A DNA stretch of 62,938 nucleotides, counting the filler, from Lenisia limosa (taxonomy: Eukaryota; Protista; Breviatea), in assembly GCA_001655205.1 (NCBI GenBank). It is 12 parts of 12 records of this genome, joined end to end, with 100 filler letters (N's around TTAATTAATTAA, not from the genome) between each part and the next. Parts side by side here need not be neighbours in the genome. Positions count along the whole stretch, not along the records: positions 50,660 to 52,969 come from LPNZ01008840.1; positions 53,070 to 55,060 come from LPNZ01006171.1; positions 55,161 to 60,689 come from LPNZ01006919.1; positions 60,790 to 62,938 come from LPNZ01000143.1; 8 more parts are not named here. One strand, given 5' to 3'. Both the position numbers and the translations under genes were made by a program. This document shows, piece after piece, positions 50,733-60,965 of this stretch (positions are counted from its first letter, which is position 1; each line of letters begins with the position of its first letter). The notes below the pieces were generated by a model. That model was not told the DNA's origin and made no database searches. It saw only the letters and a program-made list of their open reading frames with translations.

Positions 50733-52829
50733 AACCACACAGCAGCTTTTCGTCAACTTTGACCCTTCAATCAGCGTTCTGATCCGCGAAGCCAGGCACC
50801 TGAGTAAACTTGGTGGGAGGGGGTGTTGAAATAGCTTTGGAGAAGTGGAGTCTTTTCCTTTTTGACTTGTCATAATTTAAGATAAGGCCTTTGTTTTGAC
50901 CCCAAACAGGAGTGGAAATTCCAGAGGCAGCACTACCCATTCTCAAGCAAAGCTCAAAATTGGATGTAAGCATTTCATCATCACAACAAAATTACCTTTT
51001 CTTACTTATTTTTTTTTGTTATTATTACATCACCATCATCATCCTATCATCACCCCCCTGACCATTACAGTACTATCGGAGCCAGCTGGGACAGGTCATA
51101 AAGGAGTACGCCCGAGTCAAAGCGAACGTCTTACCTGTTATCGAGTGAGTTTTAAGGGGAAGAGTATTTCTCTTGTTAGCTGACAGAGTTGATTCTGCCG
51201 TTTTGTGGTTTAAAAGCCTACTCTTCACTCATCGACCATTCCTACCCCCGCCTCCCTGGAGTAATGGGATGCGGTGCTGNNNNNNNNNNNNNNNNNNNNN
51301 NNNNNNNNNNNNNNNNNNNNNNNNNNNNNNNNNNNNNNNNNNNNNNNNNNNNNNNNNNNNNNNNNNNNNNNNNNNNNNNNNNNNNNNNNNNNNNNNNNNN
51401 NNNNNNNNNNNNNNNNNNNNNNNNNNNTTTGTTTCTCTCTTTAGTCTATTAATTCCAAAACAGTATTTCACACCTCCAGACCCCTCCTTCAAACCGCTCT
51501 CTTGGAGCTGGAGGATCGCATCCGGCCCGGCCTGACGACATTGACGTGGACTGCTCTCAACATCGACGGGTTTCTCCATGCCGCAATCGGCACCCTCGCC
51601 GCCGTGGATGAACTGTCTTCAAAGGTTGGCCTTCAGGATCATTATTTACCCTGTGCAGAAGCGACTTGCCTGGGCTTTGTTTGTTATGTTATTATCAGCC
51701 TTGTGTGTTGTCAGCCAACAGAGTTGTTTTGTTTTTTGTCATAAATTTTCTATTTTTACTCCCCTCCCCCCAGATCCGAACCATCCTCGCGGACCGGGTA
51801 GATGTGGCTGTCCGGGGCGTCAGCAACATCACGCTCACACACTGCCCCAGGAACCTGACAACCACGGTCAACACCTTCACGCACACGCAAGATCGCGTGG
51901 TTACTCAGAGCGTCGGGGGGGAGTGAGGAGATAACTGCTAGGAGGAGGAGGCCTCCCCAGCATACCATATAATACACAATCATCCCCCCTCTCGCCGCCG
52001 CCTCACACACGTAGAGATATGATATCAGCTAATATTATAACAATGAGAAAAAAAAAAAAAATAAGGTTGTATCTGACCGTCAGAGTCCNNNNNNNNNNNN
52101 NNNNNNNNNNNNNNNNNNNNNNNNNNNNNNNNNNNNNNNNNNNNNNNNNNNNNNNNNNNNNNNNNNNNNNNNNNNNNNNNNNNNNNNNNNNNNNNNNNNN
52201 NNNNNNNNNNNNNNNNNNNNNNNNNNNNNNNNNNNNNNNNNNNNNNNNGCAGCCAACAGAGTTTAATGAGCTTTTTTTTCTTTAATAAATTATACATTCT
52301 TACTCCACCCCCCTCCCCAACTTAAACGGCCATAATCGCATGGTTTGTCACACCCGCAGCGCGGGCGTATCGAGCGATTTATTAAGGATATCAAGGACGG
52401 TCTCGACGAGGTCACTAAAGTCATCTCCGCTACCACCCTCAATAACATCGTCTTGGAACTGCCTGCGGAGGCTGGCAAGAAGGTTTGTTATGGATTGTAT
52501 TGAGAGCAGCGTAAATAATGGTAGTGATTCACCTTCATTATTATTATGATGACACTCCTGGTTCGCCATTATGATACCACGATTCAGATGGCCATACTTA
52601 CTGTTCTCTGACACAGCTCCACTATGACCCAATTATGTCGCTCTAAACTTCACGATTATCACCCTATTATGTCCCTCTAAGCTCACGGCATTATGTCGCA
52701 ACACCACCATTACTACGACCCTATTATCTTCATCGTAATGACGACCCTATTAGCTTCATCGTTATTACGACACGTTGGTTGAAGGTTCTCTCACCACTGC
52801 AATTTCATGTGCCCTGGACACCCTTCTAA
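50733..52829 (+). CDS. Axonemal outer-arm dynein heavy chain, gamma type (DNAH5/8-like), internal tail (DHC_N1 region) fragment
   Basis: QLFVNFDPSISVLIREARHLSKLGVEIPEAALPILKQSSKLDYYRSQLGQVIKEYARV...LELEDRIRPGLTTLTWTALNIDGFL...IRTILADRVDVAVRGVS, colinear with Chlamydomonas gamma DHC LFVNFD.EIL.LIREAK.L..MGIEVPESA...LRPGMITLTWTSMNIDAY as recalled. Confidence 0.88.
51653..51773 (+). mobile_element. Family B repeat forming the 3' part of dynein intron 51625-51773
   Basis: gtgcagaagcgacttgcctgggctttg...tgtgttgtcagccaacagagttg...tcataaattttctatttttactcccctccccccAG|ATCCGA (next exon in frame). Confidence 0.88.
52620..52770. repeat. Intronic imperfect tandem repeat
   Basis: Recurrent ccctattat / tatgtc.ctctaaac.tcacg / acgaccctatta.cttcatcgt units. 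Confidence 0.65.
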
Positions 52830-52849
52830 GTTGGGGGGGGGGGGTAAAA

Positions 52850-52969
52850 ATACAGTTGTTGTGTGGAGGCATGCAGAAAGCTGTGTGCACAGAGTTGTAA
52901 GGCTAATGATTGAGTGGATTAGTATTCTACTATACTCCAATATCTCTTCAATATTTGTTATAAGCGTGA
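52850..52969 (+). mobile_element. Family C repeat starting about 20 nt after a GT-polyG donor
   Basis: gtggaggcatgcagaaagctgtgtgcacagagttgtaaggctaatgattgagtg. Confidence 0.8.
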
Positions 52970-53649
52970 NNNNNNNNNNNNNNNNNNNNNNNNNNNNNNN
53001 NNNNNNNNNNNNNTTAATTAATTAANNNNNNNNNNNNNNNNNNNNNNNNNNNNNNNNNNNNNNNNNNNNCCCCCCCCCCCCCGGCGCATAAACATTGAAA
53101 GTGTTTTGTTCTCAACCGCACCACCCCCCTTCCGTTTCATGATTCCTAGGCTTAACCACCCCCTTTATTCTTTCTTCTATTTGATATTTTGCTATTGTTA
53201 GTTATATGAAATGCAAGTGTTGACTGCTTCAAATTGGCCAGCAAATATCTGATGTCAAAGTATAGAAATGTATAGATAGTGTTATAATTGTAATGGGGCA
53301 TGTCCGGGATGTCCTCCTGAGGGGAGACTGTTTCTCATAATCCAAATATTTTTCGGAGTTTTTTCGAAACAAAGTGAAGCCCCTCGCGAGTCGGATTTGC
53401 GGTCTTTTAAGGTTATGTTGGAACATGGAGCAACCAAAGGCCATTTTATCATCTTAGAATGACGTGCAGTACTACTCGAGTTACGATACTAAACACTACT
53501 AATGATCAGTTATCCTTGATGACCAAGCTCAAATGTCCTTGCTCACATAAGTACTGTCGAATGAGGACCCGATATCTATATGAGTAGTTTCTTGTCGGGA
53601 AACTCTTTTTGATACCCCCTCTCCACGAAACCTCAAGAGCTTTTCGATT

Positions 53650-53770
53650 ATAGTATCTTGCCGAAGTCATCCACATCATCACACTTGTAAGAGATATTGG
53701 ATAATAGTTATTAATTCACCCAATCATTTTCCTTGTTCACTTATAGCACAGAGCTTTCTGCGTTCCCCCT
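53650..53770 (-). mobile_element. Family C repeat
   Basis: gtatcttgccgaagtcatccacatcatcacacttgtaagagatattgg...attcacccaatcatttt...gcacagagctttctgcgt. Confidence 0.75.
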
Positions 53771-53867
53771 CTCATTGAAATAGAATAATTATAACGACGA
53801 GGTGACCCCTGAAAGAAGCCCTTGCACCACCAAAACAACTCTATTCACCACAACTTCCACAGTGCGG

Positions 53868-54687
53868 TTACTCAAGCCATTGCACAACGTGCTTGAAAAT
53901 GTCCTCACGGGTCTGAATTGGTCAATCAAAGGCAATTTTTAGGGTATTTCAAATTTTGAAATTAATACTCAAATATATGCACGGAGAGACCAAAGCCGCA
54001 CCTCCTCAGAGAGGATGAAGATCCAAATCGCTTCAAGACGCTTCCCCGACATATAATATGATCCTAATATGTATTTGTTTCCCTTGTAGTAAATCCTCTA
54101 CATACCTGTTATTAAATAAAGCCGAACATATTCAACACATATTTTCAAGAAAGCCGAACATATTATAATGCTCAAATAATTGCACGGAGAGACTAAAGCC
54201 AAACATACCTTAGTGAGGTCCTCAGGGTCTGAAGAGGAGGGGGCGTGGAGATCAGCACAATGGGCAGTTCCCTAATATGGTAAGATTAAACACGAGTTCA
54301 CTAATATGGTAAGCTTAAACAAGAGTTCCATAATAGATATTATTTTTTGTACAGCGCATGCCCGCAGTAACCACGAGGCGCCCCCTCCCCCACTTGGATA
54401 ACATGAGAAGGTCTGTTAATCTGATCAGCTGAATCAGTGATTGAGAGTTTCCTCCAGGGGTCATTGCTGCCGTTGACAAGGTACACCTTCGTGGCCTACA
54501 GAGTATTAGGCCGTGAAAAATCAAATCTGTTCTGTTTTGTCAAAGAAATTCAGTCTTTTTATTTGAACCGAAGTGAATCCCTATTTGTACACCCAGACCT
54601 GGAGGTCACGAGCGCCAGTGTGGTTATTGGTGTTGACTGTGTCCGGCTTCATGGACTTGCCGCCAAAGATGTATCCACAAAGGGCTC
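53868..54687 (-). CDS. Serine carboxypeptidase family S28 (prolylcarboxypeptidase/DPP-II-like), last four exons
   Basis: ALCGYIFGG...NTNNHTGARDLQ|ATKVYLVNGSNDPWRKLSI...VIQ|GTAHCADLHAPSSSDPEDLTK|TREDIFKHVVQWLE*; NGSxDPW and GTAHCADL are typical S28 motifs. Confidence 0.88.
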
Positions 54688-55204
54688 CTGGGGGGGGGGG
54701 GGGNNNNNNNNNNNNNNNNNNNNNNNNNNNNNNNNNNNNNNNNNNNNNNNNNNNNNNNNNNNNNNNNNNNNNNNNNNNNNNNNNNNNNNNNNNNNNNNNN
54801 NNNNNNNNNNNNNNNNNNAAGGTAAAAATGGAAATTTTATGAGACTGAAAGTAACACAATAACATAAACAACAAAAGTTAAAACTATACAAAGTCCCTCC
54901 ACCGCTTGATCAATTGTATGAAAGCAAAAAAAAAACAGGAAAATCAAAACGCCTCTCACGGTGCCATGCCGTGGTGATTTTAGTGGAACGCATGGAATGA
55001 CGAGAAGCAATCTGGGAAAGGTGAAAAAAAAAAAGAAATAATATGAACGAACTGAAGTGANNNNNNNNNNNNNNNNNNNNNNNNNNNNNNNNNNNNNNNN
55101 NNNNTTAATTAATTAANNNNNNNNNNNNNNNNNNNNNNNNNNNNNNNNNNNNNNNNNNNNATAATAATAATAATAATAACAACAAATTGTTCACCCCCAC
55201 TAAT

Positions 55205-58200
55205 TGTTTCTCGACCTTGGGGGAGCTTCAGTACAGAATTGGGGAAGAATCTGAATAATGAAAATTTTGTTAGGAATTCAGAGGATGTGAACAGGGAAAG
55301 TTCATTATTGGATGTGAACGGGTTAGGGTTTCAAGATGTGTACATTTGATTCACAATTTATCATGAATATAAGAATTGGGCATGAACAATATCATATGCT
55401 TAATCGGACAGGGCTCACTTCGGTTCGAAAAATGACAAATATTCTCGATAATCCTCAACCACTATGTCATTTTCGAACCTAATTGAAACGCTACCACTGA
55501 CCAGGAATACTTAGCTGGGACTTCCTAAGAATTCGTTGTAGTATCATTACATATATCGATATATTATATGAAATAATAGAGACAAACAGTCAAGTAAAAC
55601 GTCCACTCTGACCTGCTCAAGTTGCCTAGGCCTCTGATGGCATTGGACCGGACTGCGATGTTTTGCGTCACAAAAGCGAGACAATGCTTACACATGTCTA
55701 AGAAGGTGTTTGGCGATATGCCTTGACCCCACCCCTCGCACGCTGCAGTGTTAACCGATGGCGGACTATCTTACGCTGACGTAAGTCCTGACATGGATAT
55801 TGACCTTTAGTCCTGACATGGATATTGACCTTAAGTCCTGACATGGATATTGGGATATTGTGATTTACCTTTAGACCCGGTCATTGTATGGCTTTTGGTG
55901 AACTAATGTGCAATCAGCTCGTATCCTCATCCGGACAGCTTTGCTCAAATCACTCTTATACTACAGGAGTAACCCCCCCCCCCACCAGTTTCGGGGTTCA
56001 GTGTTTGAGCGATGTTGGCTAGTGACNNNNNNNNNNNNNNNNNNNNNNNNNNNNNNNNNNNNNNNNNNNNNNNNNNNNNNNNNNNNNNNNNNNNNNNNNN
56101 NNNNNNNNNNNCCGCACTGAGAGAGGGGGAGTAAACAGAATCTTAAATGCAGCAGTGTGTTTAATGATAGTTTTATTTCAGTAAAAGAGGAACGTAAACA
56201 ACGACAGCAAAAATGACTATTCAAATATCGTAAATAGGTTATGAGACTTATTAAGAATAAAATTAATTCCTCTTTTGAAAATGGTTGAGCGGAGGAGAGT
56301 AAAACTGGAAAATGAATGAAACAAAACAAAATAAAAAAAAAAGCCCAAATCAACTCAATTGGCTGATAACACACAAGGGTTGTAAATTGGATGGCGAGGG
56401 GAGGTAACAACTGCTTTTGAATCGGGAAACATAATATAGAAACAAAACCCTGAGATAACACCAAGTATCAAATAGTTAGGGGCGGAGGGGGTGAAATTAG
56501 AAAATTTATGAGGCAACAAAAAGCTCAAACTCAAACAAGGGAACTTTTGATGAAGAAAATTGCGTNNNNNNNNNNNNNNNNNNNNNNNNNNNNNNNNNNN
56601 NNNNNNNNNNNNNNNNNNNNNNNNNNNNNNNNNNNNNNNNNNNNNNNNNNNNNNNNNNNNNNNNNNNNNNNNNNNNNNNNNNNNNNNNNNNNNNNNNNNN
56701 NNNNNNNNNNNNNNNNNNNNNNNNNNNNNNNNNNNNNNNNNNNNNNNNNNNNNNNNNNNNNNNNNNNNNNNNNNNNNNNNNNNNNNGACCAACCAGTCAA
56801 ACATGAGTCGTTGAATGCAGGGATAAGGGCCTGGATTGTTAGCTAGGTTTTCTGGAGGGGCGCCAAGGTGTGTGCGGAGTATGGTGATTAATTTGTTTTT
56901 ATTTCCCTATGTACTTATTCATTTCCCTAGATTATTAATGCATGTATTATTTCTCATGTTCAAACAATCTAACTGTCCACACACATTTATTGAAGATATT
57001 GGACTAGAGCACACGGTTATCGATTCACTCCTCCCCAAAATGAACCGAAAATAATACTGTGACCACCCACATCGCCAATTGCTTCGAGGATCTCCACACC
57101 CTCATTGAAGACAGGGAGAAGAACAAGAACGCCCAAGACCCTCGCAGCTGCACTGCGCTCTTCGTCGCTTTCGGACTCGATTGACGAGGCAAGTTGCGAG
57201 ACGTACAGGAAGAGGTCGAGGGGACTGGGAGGGGGTAAAACGAAAGAAATTTCGATAACAATACAGGCGTAAAGGTACAGCATTCAACAACACACCCGCC
57301 CAGCATTAACCAAACCAAAATGATTTTGTGCATATCATACGGATGTTTTTCTAGGTTATTTAGCAAGTCTTACTTTGACCCCCCCCCCCCTTTTTTTATA
57401 CCTTTTGACCCCCTTCGAAGAGGGTGTTTTCCAACGAAACACTCTCACCCCCCTCTTCCTCTAGCACCCGGCACGGACCTGAGACTTGCTGTCACCGAAG
57501 GCGGAATATGGGCGATGGTGGCTACGGCGGCGGTGCGGACCACGGAGCTATCGTCGTTGAATCCCTNNNNNNNNNNNNNNNNNNNNNNNNNNNNNNNNNN
57601 NNNNNNNNNNNNNNNNNNNNNNNNNNNNNNNNNNNNNNNNNNNNNNNGGGAGGGGGAGTGGGGAGTAATTGGATAAGGTATGAAACAAAAAAGCCGTCAA
57701 GGAAACCGATCCTGATAATTTCAGATTCCCAAAATGGTCCCAAAAAAGACTGAATATCTCGAAAAGGCTTCGAATTGCCGAAGCCCACAATGGTGACGAA
57801 ATCTTTGAATTCCGTCCAAACGTCATCGCAAATCCCAGCGGTTTCACAGGGTGTTTCCCTAGAGCAAATGATTAATAAATCTGAGCGACGTGTATCATTG
57901 TAGTGATAATAACTAATGCACACAGCTTTCTGCTTTGAGTAATAATGACTAATGCACACAACTTTCTGCCTCCCCAGTATTATTTAAATGTAAATGTATC
58001 AATTAAGGAAGAAAAATACAAATAAATCCATAGTAAAGACAGCACCCCCACTCCCACTGGTTCTCTGCTGGTCTTGATATAGAGCCAGCCAACTCCTCAA
58101 CAACACGCCAAGCGGCAACACGATTCTAATAGGAAGTTATTTGCCAAATTATTCTTGAATGTCAAAGGTCTTATTATCTAATATAAAGCAATGAGAAATA

Positions 58201-60689
58201 AAAAAATAAGGTTGTATCTGACCGAAGCCGTCCATACCATCACGCTTATAAGAGATATTGAATTATAGTATATATAATATTAATTCACCCAATCATTTGC
58301 CTTAAAACTCTTTCTGCGTGCCTCCACCGCATACTGAAGTTTTTTCAGGTTGAAGGGTATAACGGGGGGGGGGGGGGNNNNNNNNNNNNNNNNNNNNNNN
58401 NNNNNNNNNNNNNNNNNNNNNNNNNNNNNNNNNNNNNNNNNNNNNNNNNNNNNNNNNNNNNNNNNNNNNNCTCAGCTGGCAAAGGTATTCTTTCAGAAAA
58501 TTGGGTATCGATTTTGTTTGACGACTAAGTCGATTTTAAGAAAGGAGTAATAGAGGTAAAAGTGGCGTGAATAGCGTTCAATATGACGCAGTAAAGAATA
58601 GGGTGCTTCAGACATCCAAGTCAACATTCTCGCTTAAACCCTCCCCTGAAACCACGCCAATCCTACCGGCGCTTCTCCGGTAATAAAGGATCTCAATAGT
58701 GCGAGAAGTGGGGTGATGTGGGAACTGGAAGGTTATACATAGATAGGCCTTCCCTCCGATCCAGATAATGCCTGAAGTATTCAATATTCATTAATATGAG
58801 GGCTCCCTTCAATTAAAGTGAGGCATATCATTGAACTACATTTCAGACACTTTAATTTCACATTTTGTAATTTAATTTCTAAAAACAAATAATTGCACGG
58901 AGCCTTTTTCATATATTTCGATACTTTATCGATAATTTCCGTCCTTGAGTAAAGCTCTACTAAGGCTTCACTTCGGTTCGGGAAAAATATCGATAGTTTT
59001 CGAAAATTTATCGAGAAATCCAGTCTTGTTTGGAACCGAAGTGAAGCCCTATTAGTATACACGGTAAAGCGCAGATATCATCTTATATCGTTTTGAAATA
59101 GGGTAAATAGAGACAGGGCTAACTAAAGGGATAATAAAGAGACAGAAGAGAGACAAAAGAGAGACAGTACAGGGACAATAAAGGGACAATAAAGGGACAA
59201 TAAAGGGACAATAAAGGGCTGTTTGAGAGTGATGACCTAAAGGTCTTTTCAATTCCAAAAAGACCAACAAATGTCGAAATATCTCGAGAATTCAGTAATA
59301 GACAGAACCAAAGTCGAACTGAAACCCACAGGAATAGGGACGGTTGGGACTTGGCCACGGCAGCTAGTGTAGCTAGTACGGCTTCGAGCGGTACATTGTC
59401 GCACCAGTTTGACACAGTCGGTAGGGGCTTTCTGCGAGGACGTTACATTTTTGCAGAGGTATCATCATGTATATCGGTATAAGGAAGATAAGGTAGGGAA
59501 AGAATAGAATGTTGGGCAAAGAAAGTCGGAAAAAAAGAAAAAAAGTCGTAAAGATAAGAAGAAAAGACATTCCGTGACTTTTGTGAGAAATTCAGATCAA
59601 AGATCAAACCTTGCGAGTTTTGCTTGAGCTTTTGGCACCAGAGCTGCCTCGGAGTGAGCCTGGGGAATTAGGGGGAATTGTGGGGAAATTTGGCAGAATT
59701 GGANNNNNNNNNNNNNNNNNNNNNNNNNNNNNNNNNNNNNNNNNNNNNNNNNNNNNNNNNNNNNNNNNNNNNNTGGGGGGAATTAGGGGGAGATAAAATG
59801 GAACATTTATGCACACGAGGGGCCTTCGGAATAACGGGAATGACTAAAATATAACGGGAGAAATTAGGGGGCTTGCGACTGCAGACATAATTATAGGTAA
59901 TGTGACAGAAGACTATGTAGTAGTGTACTATATATAGAGTGATTGGGATAAGTCTTGACCATTTTGTTATGTGATTTCCCAAGGAAAATCGGTCAAGACA
60001 TCCCGGTCACTATAGATTATGTCACTGGGGTTGAGACTGCTGACCTTATGACTCATAATTGCGAATTAGAGACAAAATCTTTTTGATTCTTTGAAAAAAA
60101 TTCCCAAAAATCTAGAAATGAATTTGTATTTAACTTCGAAATACACACGTATATAATCAGTTCCAAGGAGTACCAAGTATCCAAACCAGTTTCAGCAATA
60201 CCCCCTCTACCACATCTTGCAAGCAAAGAACAGGCTTGTCAGCTGACAAGGTTGAGGCGTTTTCAGCCATGTGGAGCAGGAGGGAGATGAGCGAGTCGCA
60301 AGTAGGCACAATGGGAAGATGGCTAAAGCAGGGTAAATGGTGCCGAAGATGGCTGTGGCAGGGTAAATGGTGCCAACACTGAAAATTAATTGCCTCGGAT
60401 ATTCGAACAAAAAGATGTGGTTAAGGACTACTTACAGAGATAAGAAATAAAAAAAGCTGCTTTTAAGAGATAGTGGATTATTGTAAAATATGATATATCA
60501 TAGCTCGATAGATTCACTCAATCATTTTGCCTTGATGCACAGCTTCTGCCCCCCTCCCTCCCGCTCTCCGTAGCATACGGATTATTGGTGATATTAGACA
60601 GGGGACTGGTGAAGACGTTTCGAATGGCTTCTACTGGAAGAGATACCCCCACAGCAAGGACGTTGAGCACCCCTATGGAGACTGCTGGC
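55205..60689 (-). CDS. HEATR6: HEAT-repeat protein, HEATR6-like, partial at both ends
   Basis: HITPLLALLRSFITG, NDDSSVVRTAAVATIAHI, ERSAAARVLGVLVLLP, SLANIAQTL and VRSNAIRGLGNL occur in the order of recalled HEATR6 motifs (LGPLLAVLKKFMFHG, RALGVYVLFP, WSLGNLTDTL, VKSNAVRALGNL). Confidence 0.7.
55410..55493. mobile_element. Family A MITE
   Basis: agggctcacttcggttcgaaaaatgac...gtcattttcgaacctaattgaaacgcTA. Confidence 0.75.
55783..55852 (-). repeat. Three tandem 25-nt copies spanning an acceptor junction
   Basis: Minus strand (aatatccatgtcag-gact.aaggtc) twice, then aatatccatgtcAG|GACTTACGTCAG. Confidence 0.85.
56300..56400 (-). mobile_element. Family B repeat, sense to the HEATR6-like gene; another tail at about 56480-56530
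   Basis: Minus strand acccttgtgtgttatcagccaattgagttgatttgggcttttt...ttcattcattttccagttttactctcc. Confidence 0.8.
57225..57290 (-). mobile_element. Family D repeat ending at an acceptor
   Basis: Minus strand gtacctttacgcctgtattgttatcgaaatttctttcgttttaccccctcccAG|TCCCCTCGAC. Confidence 0.78.
58180..58334 (-). mobile_element. Family C repeat, full length, 5' end GTATGC at a probable donor
   Basis: Minus strand cttca|gtatgcggtggaggcacgcagaaagagttttaaggcaaatgattgggtgaatt...ggacggcttcggtcagatac...ttctcattgctttat. Confidence 0.85.
58961..59051. mobile_element. Family A MITE
   Basis: TAAGGCTTCACTTCGGTTCGGG...TTGGAACCGAAGTGAAGCCCTA. Confidence 0.88.
59168..59220. repeat. 11-nt minisatellite, about 4-5 copies
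   Basis: agggacaataa repeated. Confidence 0.9.
59930..60015. mobile_element. Family H inverted-repeat element
   Basis: agtgattgggataagtcttgacc ... ggtcaagacatcccggtcact. Confidence 0.65.
60440..60578 (-). mobile_element. Family C repeat, degenerate, starting at the donor of intron 60578-60323
   Basis: AATAATCC|gtatgctacggagagcgggagggagggggcagaagctgtgcatcaaggcaaaatgattgagtgaa; flanking exons join in frame (NNP|HLPIVPT). Confidence 0.75.
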
Positions 60690-60894
60690 NNNNNNNNNNN
60701 NNNNNNNNNNNNNNNNNNNNNNNNNNNNNNNNNTTAATTAATTAANNNNNNNNNNNNNNNNNNNNNNNNNNNNNNNNNNNNNNNNNNNNCATACAGTATA
60801 ATATTGCACACTTTGCTCTACTAGTCAATTAGTCCTCATACGTTGAGTTGGGTTTTGAAGGGTTTTTCTTTTACTGCAAAACATCTCCCCAACG

Positions 60895-60965
60895 CCCAAC
60901 AGAGTTGATTCTGGGTTTTTTTCTTGTTTCCAAAAATTTAAATTTTTAACTTCACTCCCGCTCAG
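60895..60965 (+). mobile_element. Family B repeat 3' part ending at a predicted acceptor
   Basis: caacagagttgattctgggtttttttcttgtttcc...ttttaacttcactcccgctcAG. Confidence 0.65.

Noticed and set aside
55630-55790. A plus-strand gene suggested by gtaagt at 55787
   Set aside because: Plus-strand frames hit stops, whereas the minus strand gives in-frame HEATR6-like exons (VRSNAIRGLGNL).
6125-59780. N gaps bounded by poly-G or poly-C as excision or rearrangement sites
   Set aside because: Short-read assemblies commonly break at G/C homopolymers; the gaps reflect sequencing failure, although the runs themselves are real.
22928-60789. Eleven recurring TTAATTAATTAA motifs as a CRISPR-like, telomeric or biological repeat
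   Set aside because: Each sits in an N44-motif-N44 100-nt block and is a self-complementary six-frame stop spacer, so it is an assembly artefact.
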